DNA from: an uncultured cyanobacterium
GTDB lineage: Bacteria; Cyanobacteriota; Cyanobacteriia; Cyanobacteriales; Cyanobacteriaceae
Assembly (NCBI GenBank): GCA_963710605.1
Contig: CAVQBA010000004.1
Coordinates: 1,280,001 to 1,344,000 of the forward strand
Length of the DNA: 64,000 nt
Direction of reading: 5' to 3'
The notes under the pieces were generated by a model. That model ran no database searches. It was not told where the DNA came from and worked only from the letters and a program-made list of their open reading frames with translations. The translations under genes and the position numbers were made by a program. Shown piece after piece: positions 34,055 through 44,127 of this stretch (position 1 is its first letter; each line of letters starts with the position of its first letter).

Positions 34055-35154
34055 GTTTGAAGACACCTTATTATTTAATCGACGAGAGTAAGTTGCAACA
34101 AAATCTCGATCGAATTAATTTTGTCCGTCAAAATTCGGGTGCCAAAGTTGTTTTAGCTTTAAAATGTTTTGCGACATGGGCAACTTTCAAACAAATACAA
34201 CCTTTTTTAGATGGTACAACTAGTAGCTCATTTTATGAAGCCAAACTAGGTTATGAAGAATTTGGTAAGGAAGTTCATGCTTATAGCTGTGCTTTTTCTC
34301 AAGCTGATATTGATCAGTTAAAGGGATTTGCTGATAAGGTGATTTTTAACTCTCTTGCTCAATTACAAAGGTTTCACCGTGATTTAGAGCCAATAAATTT
34401 AGGATTAAGAGTCAATCCGCAAATAAGTTATTCAGATTATCAATTAGCTAATCCCGCTAGACGTTATTCTCGTTTGGGCGTAATTAATCAGCACGATATT
34501 GAGCAAAATCTATCTTTAATTAACGGTGTCATGCTACATTACAATTGTGAAAATAGTGATTATGACAATTTTGCTACTGTTTTAGATCAGATTGTCGATC
34601 GCTATAGCCATATTTTACAACAGTTAGATTGGTTAAGTTTAGGAGGTGGTATTAGTTTTACTCAACCTGATTATCCGCTACTAAAATTTAGCGATAAACT
34701 CAAAGCGATTAGCGATCGTTTTAAAGTACAAATATACTTAGAACCGGGAGAAGCAGTTGTTTCGCAAACTACTTATTTGGTGGTAGAAGTGTTAGATATA
34801 GTCTATAACGAAATTGAAATTGCGATCGTTAATAGTTCATTGCAAGCACATCTACCAGACTTATTAATTTACAATGATTCAGCTCAAATTGCGTCACCAT
34901 CAGCAGGAGAATATCGTTATATGATAGCAGGGCAATCTTGTTTAGCAGGGGATATTTTTGGCACTTTTGGTTTTGAAAAAAAATTGCAAATCGGCGATCA
35001 AATTTGTCTAGCCAATGCAGGAGGTTATACGATGGTGGAAAATAACTGGTTTAATGGTTTAAGCAAACCCTCGATCGTCATTCGCAAAAGTAACGGTGAA
35101 GAACAAATAATCAAACAATTCTCTTACAGTGATTATAAATCGTCTTTGTCGTGA
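34051..35154 (+). CDS. nspC: Carboxy(nor)spermidine decarboxylase
   Basis: TPYYLIDE, LALKCF (PLP lysine), SRLG, LGGG, YLEPGEA, SCLAGD and WFNG; ATGA overlap with the upstream gene. Confidence 0.9.
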   Translation: MSLKTPYYLIDESKLQQNLDRINFVRQNSGAKVVLALKCFATWATFKQIQPFLDGTTSSSFYEAKLGYEEFGKEVHAYSCAFSQADIDQLKGFADKVIFNSLAQLQRFHRDLEPINLGLRVNPQISYSDYQLANPARRYSRLGVINQHDIEQNLSLINGVMLHYNCENSDYDNFATVLDQIVDRYSHILQQLDWLSLGGGISFTQPDYPLLKFSDKLKAISDRFKVQIYLEPGEAVVSQTTYLVVEVLDIVYNEIEIAIVNSSLQAHLPDLLIYNDSAQIASPSAGEYRYMIAGQSCLAGDIFGTFGFEKKLQIGDQICLANAGGYTMVENNWFNGLSKPSIVIRKSNGEEQIIKQFSYSDYKSSLS

Positions 35155-35275
35155 AAACCATCTTTTTTTGTGAACAAATTGTCAGGTGATTTATCCAATC
35201 AGAATATACCATTGCCTTAATACTGTAAGGGTTGAATATTACTCAACCCAAAACTTGAGAATTCTGGTGTTAATT

Positions 35276-35327
35276 ATCAGTTGTCGTATCGAACACTATG
35301 GTATTACTAGATGATTACGCATCTTTG
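35276..35327 (+). repeat. Copy C of the three-copy repeat
   Basis: Reverse complement aligns to 33282-33330 with a 31-bp perfect core, 3 mismatches and one short gap region. Confidence 0.92.
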
Positions 35328-35408
35328 GGTATGTAAAAAGTAAAAAACAAAAAGCATTAATGGTTTGACTGTTATTATCTGTTAATTATAAAAATTAATC
35401 TATTGTCA

Positions 35409-36629
35409 ATGAAAAAAAACGTCTTAATTATCGGTGCAGGAGGTGTAGCTAATGTCGCTGTTCATAAATGTGCTCAAAATAATGATATCTTGGGAAATAT
35501 TAACATCGCCTCTAGAACGATCGATAAATGTAATCAAATTATCGAAAGTGTCAAACGTAAAAATAGTTTAAAAGATAAACAAGGTCAACTTAAAGCTTAT
35601 CAATTAGATGCCTTAGATATTGAAGCTACCATCAAATTAATTGAAGAAACTGATACCCAGATTGTGATTAATTTAGGTACAGCTTTTATTAATATGTCTG
35701 TGCTTCAAGCTTGTCTTAAAACAGGAGTTGCTTATATTGATACAGCAATTCACGAAGAACCTGATAAAATTTGTGAAACTCCCCCTTGGTATGCTAATTA
35801 TGAATGGAAATATTTAGCAGAATGTCAAGACAAAGGAGTCACCGCAATATTAGGAGCAGGATTTGATCCAGGCGTAGTTAACGCTTATAGTGCTTATATG
35901 GTCAAACATCACTTCGATCGAGTAGAAGAAATTGATATAGTTGATGTTAATGCTGGTAATCACGGTAAATATTTTGCCACAAATTTTGACCCCGAAATTA
36001 ATTTTCGAGAATTTACAGGCGGCGTTTGGACGTGGATTGATAAACAATGGCAAAAGTATCAAACCCATGAAATCAAAAAAACTTACGATTTACCTATTGT
36101 GGGTGAGCAAACAGTTTATTTAAGTGGTCATGATGAGTTGCACTCATTATCAAAAAATATTGACGCTAACAGTATTCGTTTTTGGATGGGGTTTAGTGAT
36201 CATTATATTAACTGTTTTACCGTCTTAAAAAATATTGGCTTACTTTGCGAGCAACCCGTAACTACCGCCGAAGGTTTAGAAGTTATACCGCTAAAAGTGG
36301 TTAAGGCTTGTTTACCTAACCCTGCTTCTTTAGCTGAAAATTATCAAGGTAATACATTTATTGGTAATATTGTCAAGGGAGAAAAAAATGGTCAAGAAAA
36401 AACAATGTTGATTTATAATACCTGTGATCATGCTCAATGTTATCAAGAAGTAGAATCTCAAGCTATTTCTTATACTGCGGGTGTACCGCCAGTCGCTACG
36501 GCGATATTAATTGCGAGGGGCGATTGGGATTGTCATTCAATGAAAAATATCGAAGAATTAAATCCTGATCCTTTTCTTGAATTACTAGCTAAAATAGGTT
36601 TACCTTCAGTAGTTAATAGTTTATTGTAG
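35409..36629 (+). CDS. Carboxy(nor)spermidine dehydrogenase/synthase (saccharopine dehydrogenase family)
   Basis: IIGAGGV, YIDTA, GFDPGVVN, FATNFDPEINFRE, HDELHSL and ISYTAGVP motifs; adjacent to nspC. Confidence 0.9.
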   Translation: MKKNVLIIGAGGVANVAVHKCAQNNDILGNINIASRTIDKCNQIIESVKRKNSLKDKQGQLKAYQLDALDIEATIKLIEETDTQIVINLGTAFINMSVLQACLKTGVAYIDTAIHEEPDKICETPPWYANYEWKYLAECQDKGVTAILGAGFDPGVVNAYSAYMVKHHFDRVEEIDIVDVNAGNHGKYFATNFDPEINFREFTGGVWTWIDKQWQKYQTHEIKKTYDLPIVGEQTVYLSGHDELHSLSKNIDANSIRFWMGFSDHYINCFTVLKNIGLLCEQPVTTAEGLEVIPLKVVKACLPNPASLAENYQGNTFIGNIVKGEKNGQEKTMLIYNTCDHAQCYQEVESQAISYTAGVPPVATAILIARGDWDCHSMKNIEELNPDPFLELLAKIGLPSVVNSLL

Positions 36630-36707
36630 ATATGATCGATCTCATCTATAATTTATTTATTCACTCTAGACACTCTAGACACTGTTATCTGGATTACGGT
36701 TTAATTT

Positions 36708-36971
36708 ATGTCCCAAAAATATAATTCTCGTGTTTATGTTACTCTACGACCATCAGTCTTAGATACGGCTGGTACTGCTGTAAAATCAGGATTACAACAG
36801 TTAGGTTATCAAGGAGTAGAAGATGTTAGGATTGGAAAATATATTGAAGTGACTTTATCTGCTGATAACCAAGACGATGCAGACAAACAATTACATAAAA
36901 TGTGTGATCAATTATTAGCTAATCCTGTCATTGAAAATTATTCTTTTGAGTTAAATACAGTAGAAGAATAA
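36708..36971 (+). CDS. purS: FGAM synthase subunit PurS
   Basis: VTLRPSVLD, VRIGKYIE and MCDQLLANPVIENY motifs. Confidence 0.96.
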   Translation: MSQKYNSRVYVTLRPSVLDTAGTAVKSGLQQLGYQGVEDVRIGKYIEVTLSADNQDDADKQLHKMCDQLLANPVIENYSFELNTVEE

Positions 36972-37056
36972 ATTGATTAGAGAAAGATAAATAAGTAGAT
37001 TTTTTTTGAAGTCTGTAGCAAGTTTTACTGTTTAAATAAGCAAGATAAGGTAGCAA

Positions 37057-37737
37057 ATGAAATTTGGTGTAGTTGTTTTCCCTGGAAGTAATTGCGATCG
37101 AGATATAGCAATGGTAACCGATGGTATTCTTAATCAACCCACTCGTATGATATGGCATCAAGAAACCGATATTGATGATCTTGATGTGGTAGTAGTACCC
37201 GGTGGGTTTAGTTATGGTGATTACCTGCGTTGTGGTGCAATAGCCAGATTTTCACCTGTAATGAAAAGTATTGTGGCTCATGCTAAGGCTGGTAAATTAG
37301 TTTTGGGTATTTGTAATGGTTTTCAGGTACTTACAGAAGTTGGTTTATTGCCAGGGGCGTTAATTCGTAATCGAGATATGCACTTTATTTGCGATCGAGT
37401 TTCGGTTAAAGTAGAAAATAATACTTCTGTCTGGACAAAAGGTTATCAAGAGCAAGAAGTGGTTTGTTTGCCTATCGCTCACGGAGAAGGTAACTATTAT
37501 GCTGATGAAGATACATTAAAGTCTTTAGAAGATAACGGACAAATATTATTTCGTTATTCTAGCTCTACAGGTAAAATTAATAATGAAAGTAATCCTAATG
37601 GTTCGTGTCATAACATTGCTGGGATTACTAACAAACAAGGAAATGTATTAGGTATGATGCCTCACCCAGAAAGAGCAAGTGATCAACTTTTGGGTTTAAC
37701 TGACGGTAAACCACTTTTTGCTAGTTTGCTAACTTGA
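37057..37737 (+). CDS. purQ: FGAM synthase glutaminase subunit PurQ
   Basis: [25 protein letters not shown] and GMMPHPER motifs. Confidence 0.97.
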   Translation: MKFGVVVFPGSNCDRDIAMVTDGILNQPTRMIWHQETDIDDLDVVVVPGGFSYGDYLRCGAIARFSPVMKSIVAHAKAGKLVLGICNGFQVLTEVGLLPGALIRNRDMHFICDRVSVKVENNTSVWTKGYQEQEVVCLPIAHGEGNYYADEDTLKSLEDNGQILFRYSSSTGKINNESNPNGSCHNIAGITNKQGNVLGMMPHPERASDQLLGLTDGKPLFASLLT

Positions 37738-37878
37738 ATTGAAAAGATGAATAAATAATGGAGATAAATACCTGCTTCGCACTTTTTTGGTAAAACTAAA
37801 TATATCTGATGTGGTCATGAAAAGTAATCAACTCTGAACTCTGAACTCTTAACTTTTAACTCTTAACTTTTAACTCTT

Positions 37879-38559
37879 ATGTCAACGATCGAAAAACTCA
37901 TTTCTCAAATAAAAACCGAAGCCCAAAAAGAAGAATTTCCTGTAGATATAGATGTTTATAAATCAGCGGATAAAGATCCAAATGAACCAATTTTATATTA
38001 CGGTAATTTAGAAAGTAATATTTGTTTTTTAGCTCGAGATTTGGGTAGAGATGAGGTAATAGCCGGGCAACCATTAATCGGTGCATCTGGGCAATTAGTT
38101 CGGCAAGGTTTTTATCAAGCAATCCATCAAGAAAAGACTGAGGATAAAACTAAACTAGATTCAATTAAAGATCGTTTGATTTTAACCAATACAGTACCTT
38201 ACAAGCCACCCGGAAACAAAGCATATTTACAAAAAGTCAAAAAAAGATTTCGTCCTTTCATCGCTCAATTATTAGTATGTTACTGGCAGGGAACACAAAT
38301 AATTACATTAGGTACAGAAGCGTTTAAATGGTTTAAAGATTATTCAACTAAAGAAGAGATTGAGCAATTTTGGTCACAAGGTGATTCACGTTATCAAAGT
38401 AGTTTGCAAGTTAATCTCACTGCTAAAAATGATGATGGCGAAACAAAAAACAAATTAGTAACTGTTTATCCTTTACCTCATCCTTCACCTTTAAATCAAA
38501 AATATTATAATAAATTTCCTCATATGTTACAAAATACTATTTCTCAACTTGATTTTTAA
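37879..38559 (+). CDS. Uracil-DNA glycosylase superfamily protein
   Basis: ARDLGRDE...GQPLIGASG, TNTVPYKPPGN, IITLG and LPHPSPLN motifs. Confidence 0.82.
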   Translation: MSTIEKLISQIKTEAQKEEFPVDIDVYKSADKDPNEPILYYGNLESNICFLARDLGRDEVIAGQPLIGASGQLVRQGFYQAIHQEKTEDKTKLDSIKDRLILTNTVPYKPPGNKAYLQKVKKRFRPFIAQLLVCYWQGTQIITLGTEAFKWFKDYSTKEEIEQFWSQGDSRYQSSLQVNLTAKNDDGETKNKLVTVYPLPHPSPLNQKYYNKFPHMLQNTISQLDF

Positions 38560-38760
38560 AATAACCGACGTTTACGTACTCATGTTTCGGTTGTTAGGTG
38601 TTTAGAATAATTGACAATTGACAATTGATAATACTTCTTCCTCATTACTCCTTACTCATTACTTTTCTTTTTTTAATCTCGAACTCAGCTTAGCTATATT
38701 GTATAGTTTAGAGATAGAAAGTTACAAATAGAACAATTATTAATTATTAATTATTAATTA

Positions 38761-41700
38761 TTAATTATCGATGAATTTTTCTAATTTACTGGTCAAAATA
38801 TCAGGAGTGATTGGTTTACTAATATAGTCACTCATTCCTGCTTCTAAACATTTTTCTTGCGCACCTCTCATTGCATTCGCCGTCATGGCAATAATTGGTT
38901 TATTTTGGTTATGTATTCCTGCTTCACCTTGTCTGATTAATTTAGTCGCTTCATAACCATCCATTCGTGACATCAAACAATCCATTAAAATTAGATCGTA
39001 GCTAGATTCAGGAGAAGTTTTACTTAAGATTTCGATTGCTTCTATTCCATTCTTAGCAACTGTAATATTATTTAATCCTTGTAATCCTAAAAGCCCTTTG
39101 ACAACAATCTCATTGGTTTCATTGTCTTCTACTAATAAAATACGAAAACTATGTAACTCAGGAGATAAATTATCTAATTTACGATTATTGATTGTTGATG
39201 ATGAACTATCTGTCGTAGTCGGTTTCGGTTGAGGACAACGAATTAGCTCTTTGGCATTACTAACTTTTGTTAAAATCTCTAATAAATGGGTAACTACGAA
39301 AGGTTTAGACAGATAATATTTTATTTCTAATTCAGAAGAATAATTAGCATGACAATCGTGAGTCATTAAAATAATTGGTATTGGTTGAAAATAGGCATCA
39401 GCTTTAAGTAAAGTAATTAATTCTAAACCATTAATCATCGGTAGTTGTTCATCAATAATCATCACATCAAATAAACAACCAGAAGGTATTTGACTGATTT
39501 TAGATGAGTTATTCATTGTTTTACACAAATTCCATGCTTTAATCCCATCTACTGATTCGGTTACATCAACTCCCCAAGCTTCTAATTGGTTAGTTAAAAC
39601 TTGACGGCTAGTATCATTGTCTTCGACGACTAAAACAGATAAACCATTTAAGGAAGAAGAAACTGTAGTTGCTTGAGTTGGGTTTACCTCACTCGCTTGT
39701 AACTTGACTGTAAACTCAATCTTAGTTCCTTGATCGATCGTACTTTGCACTTTTATATTACCACCCATTAATTCACATAAATTTTTACAAATAGCTAATC
39801 CTAACCCTGTACCACCATATTTACGAGTTGTACTAACATCTACTTGAGTAAAATGCTCGAATAGACTATCAATTTTTTCTTCACGAATGCCTATACCAGT
39901 ATCTTCTACTATGGTATGTAAAATTAGATCGTTGCCTAAATTTTCTAAACGGCATTTGATCATAATTTCCCCTTGCTCAGTAAATTTTAGGGCATTACCG
40001 ACCAAATTAGTTAATATTTGTCTAAAACGAGAAGGATCACCTTTAACAAAGGTATCGTTTCTATATGGTAAGTCTAAGATTAATTCTAAACCTTTTTGAC
40101 GAGCTGGTAAAGTCATGGAACTAACAAAGTCGTTAATTTCTTGATAAAGATCAAAATCGATTATTTCTAAATCTAGTTGACCTGCTTCTATTTTAGAAAA
40201 GTCAAGGATATCATTAATTAAAGTTAGTAATGATTGAGCACTTGATTGAGCTATTTGGACGTAGGATGCCTGTTGAGAGTTAAGCTTACTTTTTTGTAAA
40301 ATATCAAGCATACCAATAACACCATTCATGGGCGTTCTAATTTCATGACTCATATTAGCGATAAAAAGACTTTTGGAGTTATTTGCTAATTCGGCTATTT
40401 TTTTCGCTTTCAAATATTTTTGAGCTAAATGATTACGTTGTTCTACTTCTTTTTGTAATGATGTATATAATTCTGCTTGTTGGATAGCGATCGCAATTTG
40501 AACTGATAATCTTTTTAAAAAGGATATTTCTGACTCTTCCCACTTTCTGGTGTAAGAACATTGATTGACAATTAATAAACCCCAAAGTTTTTCACTAGAA
40601 TTTTGAACACAAGTAACAATTGGAGCAATTAAGCAACTACTAATATCAAAGTTAGTGAGTAATTCTAAATATTGCTCATTATCAGGTGCTAGTGATAATT
40701 GATCATTAAATTGATAAATTTCACCATTTTGATAACTATCTAGCGAAGTAAGTGGACAATCTACACTGGCAATTTCCATTCCTAAACAAGCTTGCCAAGG
40801 TTGGTTTACAGATTCGGCGGTAATAAAACCTTTATTTTCTTTTGCTAACTGATAAATAAATGTTCGATCGCTATTAAGAAAACCTCTAACTTCTCTAACT
40901 GTAGCCGATAAAACATCTTCTAGATTTAAAGAGCGACGAATTCTTAAAGATATATCACTAATAATTTGTTCTTGTTGTTGAGAACGAATTAAACGAATTT
41001 CTGATTTAACTTTATTGGCAACGGCTTTAACTGTATCTTGTAATTTAAGTGGCGTTAAGTCGTTTTTAACTAAATAATCAGCCGCTCCTTCTTTCATGGC
41101 TTTAACAGCACGTCTTTCGTCTCCTTGACCTGTTAAAATGATAGCGGGTAAAATACTAGTTGGGTAATCTGGAGCAATCTTATTGAGAAATTCAATCCCA
41201 TCACCATCTGGTAAACTAAGATCGATTAAAAGTACATCAGGACGTTCTACTTTCCACAAGTCATAGCCTTCTTTTAAGGTTTCGGCTTCTAAATAAGTAT
41301 AAATATGTGTTTGATCTGAATTAAAATAACGAATATATACTTCACGATCGATCGGCGAATCATCAATCATCAATATTTTGATTTTATTCTCTGATAATAG
41401 GCAATAATTATTACTGTTATTATCTGAAGTAGGAATTAAATTATCTAATCTACTGGTAGTTGTATCCGAAATTAGATTTAAAAGTTGGCTAGAGATATCT
41501 TTTTTATGTACATAATCTATTGCACCTAACTTAATTGATTTAGCCGCTATTTGTTCATTACCTTGTCCTGTCACAATCACCACAGGTACATTAATGCCAC
41601 TATCTTGTTTTTCCTTCATGATTTTTAGCAACTCTAAACCATCCCCATCAGGTAAAATCAAATCTAAAAAGATTAAATCAGGTTGTTCATCTTGCCATAA

Positions 41701-41868
41701 CTTAATTCCTTCTTGTAAAGTCTCCGCTTCTAAAATATTGTATTCACGAGAGGAATCTTGCTCTAAATAACGAATATATGTTTCTCGATCGCTTTTTGAA
41801 TCCTCAATTAAAAGAATTGTTATCACTAATACTTCTTGATTATTTTCGTTCGATGGTTTGTTGGACAT
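38761..41868 (-). CDS. Hybrid histidine kinase REC-REC-GAF-HisKA-HATPase-REC-REC
   Basis: ANMSHEIRTPMNG H-box, NLVGNALKFT, DTGIG, GGTGLGL; four receiver domains; GAF ending LWGLLIVNQC...RKW. Confidence 0.93.
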   Translation of the reverse strand: MSNKPSNENNQEVLVITILLIEDSKSDRETYIRYLEQDSSREYNILEAETLQEGIKLWQDEQPDLIFLDLILPDGDGLELLKIMKEKQDSGINVPVVIVTGQGNEQIAAKSIKLGAIDYVHKKDISSQLLNLISDTTTSRLDNLIPTSDNNSNNYCLLSENKIKILMIDDSPIDREVYIRYFNSDQTHIYTYLEAETLKEGYDLWKVERPDVLLIDLSLPDGDGIEFLNKIAPDYPTSILPAIILTGQGDERRAVKAMKEGAADYLVKNDLTPLKLQDTVKAVANKVKSEIRLIRSQQQEQIISDISLRIRRSLNLEDVLSATVREVRGFLNSDRTFIYQLAKENKGFITAESVNQPWQACLGMEIASVDCPLTSLDSYQNGEIYQFNDQLSLAPDNEQYLELLTNFDISSCLIAPIVTCVQNSSEKLWGLLIVNQCSYTRKWEESEISFLKRLSVQIAIAIQQAELYTSLQKEVEQRNHLAQKYLKAKKIAELANNSKSLFIANMSHEIRTPMNGVIGMLDILQKSKLNSQQASYVQIAQSSAQSLLTLINDILDFSKIEAGQLDLEIIDFDLYQEINDFVSSMTLPARQKGLELILDLPYRNDTFVKGDPSRFRQILTNLVGNALKFTEQGEIMIKCRLENLGNDLILHTIVEDTGIGIREEKIDSLFEHFTQVDVSTTRKYGGTGLGLAICKNLCELMGGNIKVQSTIDQGTKIEFTVKLQASEVNPTQATTVSSSLNGLSVLVVEDNDTSRQVLTNQLEAWGVDVTESVDGIKAWNLCKTMNNSSKISQIPSGCLFDVMIIDEQLPMINGLELITLLKADAYFQPIPIILMTHDCHANYSSELEIKYYLSKPFVVTHLLEILTKVSNAKELIRCPQPKPTTTDSSSSTINNRKLDNLSPELHSFRILLVEDNETNEIVVKGLLGLQGLNNITVAKNGIEAIEILSKTSPESSYDLILMDCLMSRMDGYEATKLIRQGEAGIHNQNKPIIAMTANAMRGAQEKCLEAGMSDYISKPITPDILTSKLEKFIDN

Positions 41869-42055
41869 AGTGGCGTCAAGTCATTCGCATATTACTAAAA
41901 ATATTACTTTTAACAATATAGCAAAATTACTATTAATTTTTGTTAAGAAAAGTTAGTATATACTCTCCTTTCATAATGTTGATTAACAATTAGCAACCAA
42001 AAGTTAAAAGTTAAAAGTTAAGAGTTAAGAGTTAAAAACTGACACTTGACACCTT

Positions 42056-42147
42056 CATTCTCAATTCTCAATTCTCAATTCTCCATTCTCAATTCTCAAT
42101 TCTCCATTCTCAATTCTCAATTCTCCATTCTCAATTCTCAATTCTCC
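42056..42147. repeat. Heptamer tandem repeat (AATTCTC/CATTCTC)n, ~13 units
   Basis: Read directly. Similar heptamer arrays lie near 6647-6690, 7390-7420, 13305-13338, 14211-14242, 37829-37878 and 58478-58527. Confidence 0.9.
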
Positions 42148-43997
42148 AAGTATCCTCTAGGAGTAATTAATAAGTTTTGATATTGTTTAGTGTTGCTATT
42201 ACCAATCATGACAGTGGTGAGCATATCGATCGAATTATCTAACATAAGAGCCAAAGTTGTCAAAGTAATTTGTTCGTCTTCTCGACCAATAGAACGAGCG
42301 ATCGCTACTGGCGTGTTAGGATGACGATACTCTAAGAATATACTTTGTAATTTTACTATTTGTTCTTGTCTAGTTTTCGATCGAGGATTATAGATAGTAG
42401 TCACAAAATCAGCACTAGCGGCGGCAACTATTCTTTTTTCAATCACATCCCAAGGTGTCAACAAATCACTCAAACTAATTGCACAGAAATCGTGCATTAA
42501 TGGCGAACCGATTTTAGCCGCTAAACTTTGTAATGCTGTAATCCCAGAAAATACTTCTACAGAAGGAGTTTTTCCATTCCAACCCTGTTGAGCTAAAATT
42601 TCTAAAACTAACCCCGCCATCCCGTAAATACCACAATCTCCTGACGAAATCACAGCTACGGTTAAACCCCAACTAGCTAATTGAATCGCTCTTTGGGCTC
42701 GTTGTTTTTCTTGGGTAATAGAATAAGACTCGATTATTTGCTCAGGGCGTAGTAATGTTTTGATTAAATCAATATACAAACCATAACCAATAATTACATC
42801 AGCTTCTGCTAAAGCGGTTTGAGCGTAGTTAGTTAGATATTTAAGATTACCAGGACCTGTCCCAATCAGATATAATCTACCTTGGTGAGGATTATACTCT
42901 AATGAAGACTCAGCGATCGCTATTGTAACTGCCCCTTTTTCGGTTTCCTCTTTAATAATCTGTTTGGAGACAATTAAATTAGCGGTGTTATTTTCCCAAT
43001 CAGTAAAACTTGCACCTTTAATTGCCGAGGCTTCAGCTACACTGGGAGTACCAACTTCAGATTTTACTATTTTAGAAGGATTCGGTACTGCAATATTTTT
43101 TAATTCTTCTGCCGAATAAGTTTGTAAAGGTAAATTCAACTCTTCGGCTAATTTGAGAATACCTACTTCATCACTTTTAAGATCAATTGTAACAATTGAA
43201 GCGATCGATTCTTCTGCTAAATTATACTTACTCAAAACTTGAATTAAAGCCGATCGAATTAAAGAAAAAGAAGTATTTCGCTCACAACCAATTCCTACCC
43301 ACAATACTTGAGGATGCCAAGAAACAAAGTTGAGGTTATTAGTTGTAATATTTTGCTTTGTACCAATATAAATCATACTGTTACATTTCGAGTGACTATC
43401 TTCAGTAAATACAAAAGGATGAGATAGTGGTAAGCGTTTTTGCCACCACTTTAATCCTGCATCTTGTTTTACTAAAGTAGTTTGATTACGGGTAATATCA
43501 GCCGCAACACTCGTCCAATCACCCTTCCCTTTTCGCCAACCAAATATATCACCAAAAGTATCTATCGGGGGAAGATTCAAAGCAAAAGAAGCACTAGTAA
43601 TAATTGGTTGTGCATTTAACTGATAAGCAATCAACTCAGTTAATTTATCTCCTTGTGCTTGATGCCCACCAACTAAACTAATTACAGAATCAAACTCAGG
43701 AGAAATAACAATGATTGCAGGGTCATTTTTTTTACTTTGTAATAAAGGAGCTATTAAACGTACCACAGCCCCAATTGTCAGACTAAAAACGATCGATTTT
43801 GATTCAGACCAAATTTGTTCGATATGTTTAGCTAGACTATCATCATAGTATTGTGTCTGAACTTGCGTTTGTTGTTCAAACTTACTAGACAACCACAAAA
43901 CACCATCTGTATTTTCAACTAAAACCGATAATCGATCAACATTGTGAAGATTGACAGTAATAAAATTTAAAGGCTGATAATCACTAAAAATTGACAT
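42138..43997 (-). CDS. cobJ: CbiG-CobJ(CbiH) fusion, precorrin-3B C17-methyltransferase
   Basis: CbiG: GAVVRLIAP, GGHQ, VGIGC, SVAEASA. CobJ: IGTGPG, SSGDCGIYGMAG, HDFCAISLSDLLTPW, TPRGY. Confidence 0.93.
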   Translation of the reverse strand: MSIFSDYQPLNFITVNLHNVDRLSVLVENTDGVLWLSSKFEQQTQVQTQYYDDSLAKHIEQIWSESKSIVFSLTIGAVVRLIAPLLQSKKNDPAIIVISPEFDSVISLVGGHQAQGDKLTELIAYQLNAQPIITSASFALNLPPIDTFGDIFGWRKGKGDWTSVAADITRNQTTLVKQDAGLKWWQKRLPLSHPFVFTEDSHSKCNSMIYIGTKQNITTNNLNFVSWHPQVLWVGIGCERNTSFSLIRSALIQVLSKYNLAEESIASIVTIDLKSDEVGILKLAEELNLPLQTYSAEELKNIAVPNPSKIVKSEVGTPSVAEASAIKGASFTDWENNTANLIVSKQIIKEETEKGAVTIAIAESSLEYNPHQGRLYLIGTGPGNLKYLTNYAQTALAEADVIIGYGLYIDLIKTLLRPEQIIESYSITQEKQRAQRAIQLASWGLTVAVISSGDCGIYGMAGLVLEILAQQGWNGKTPSVEVFSGITALQSLAAKIGSPLMHDFCAISLSDLLTPWDVIEKRIVAAASADFVTTIYNPRSKTRQEQIVKLQSIFLEYRHPNTPVAIARSIGREDEQITLTTLALMLDNSIDMLTTVMIGNSNTKQYQNLLITPRGYLEN

Positions 43998-44127
43998 AAA
44001 AAAGTCGAGAGTTAATTATTAATTATTAATTGTTAATTGTTACTTTATTCCATAGAATGATCATAATTCACGTTAATATGACTTAATAGCATTGTCATTA
44101 CATGAGACTTACCAATAAAATTGTATT

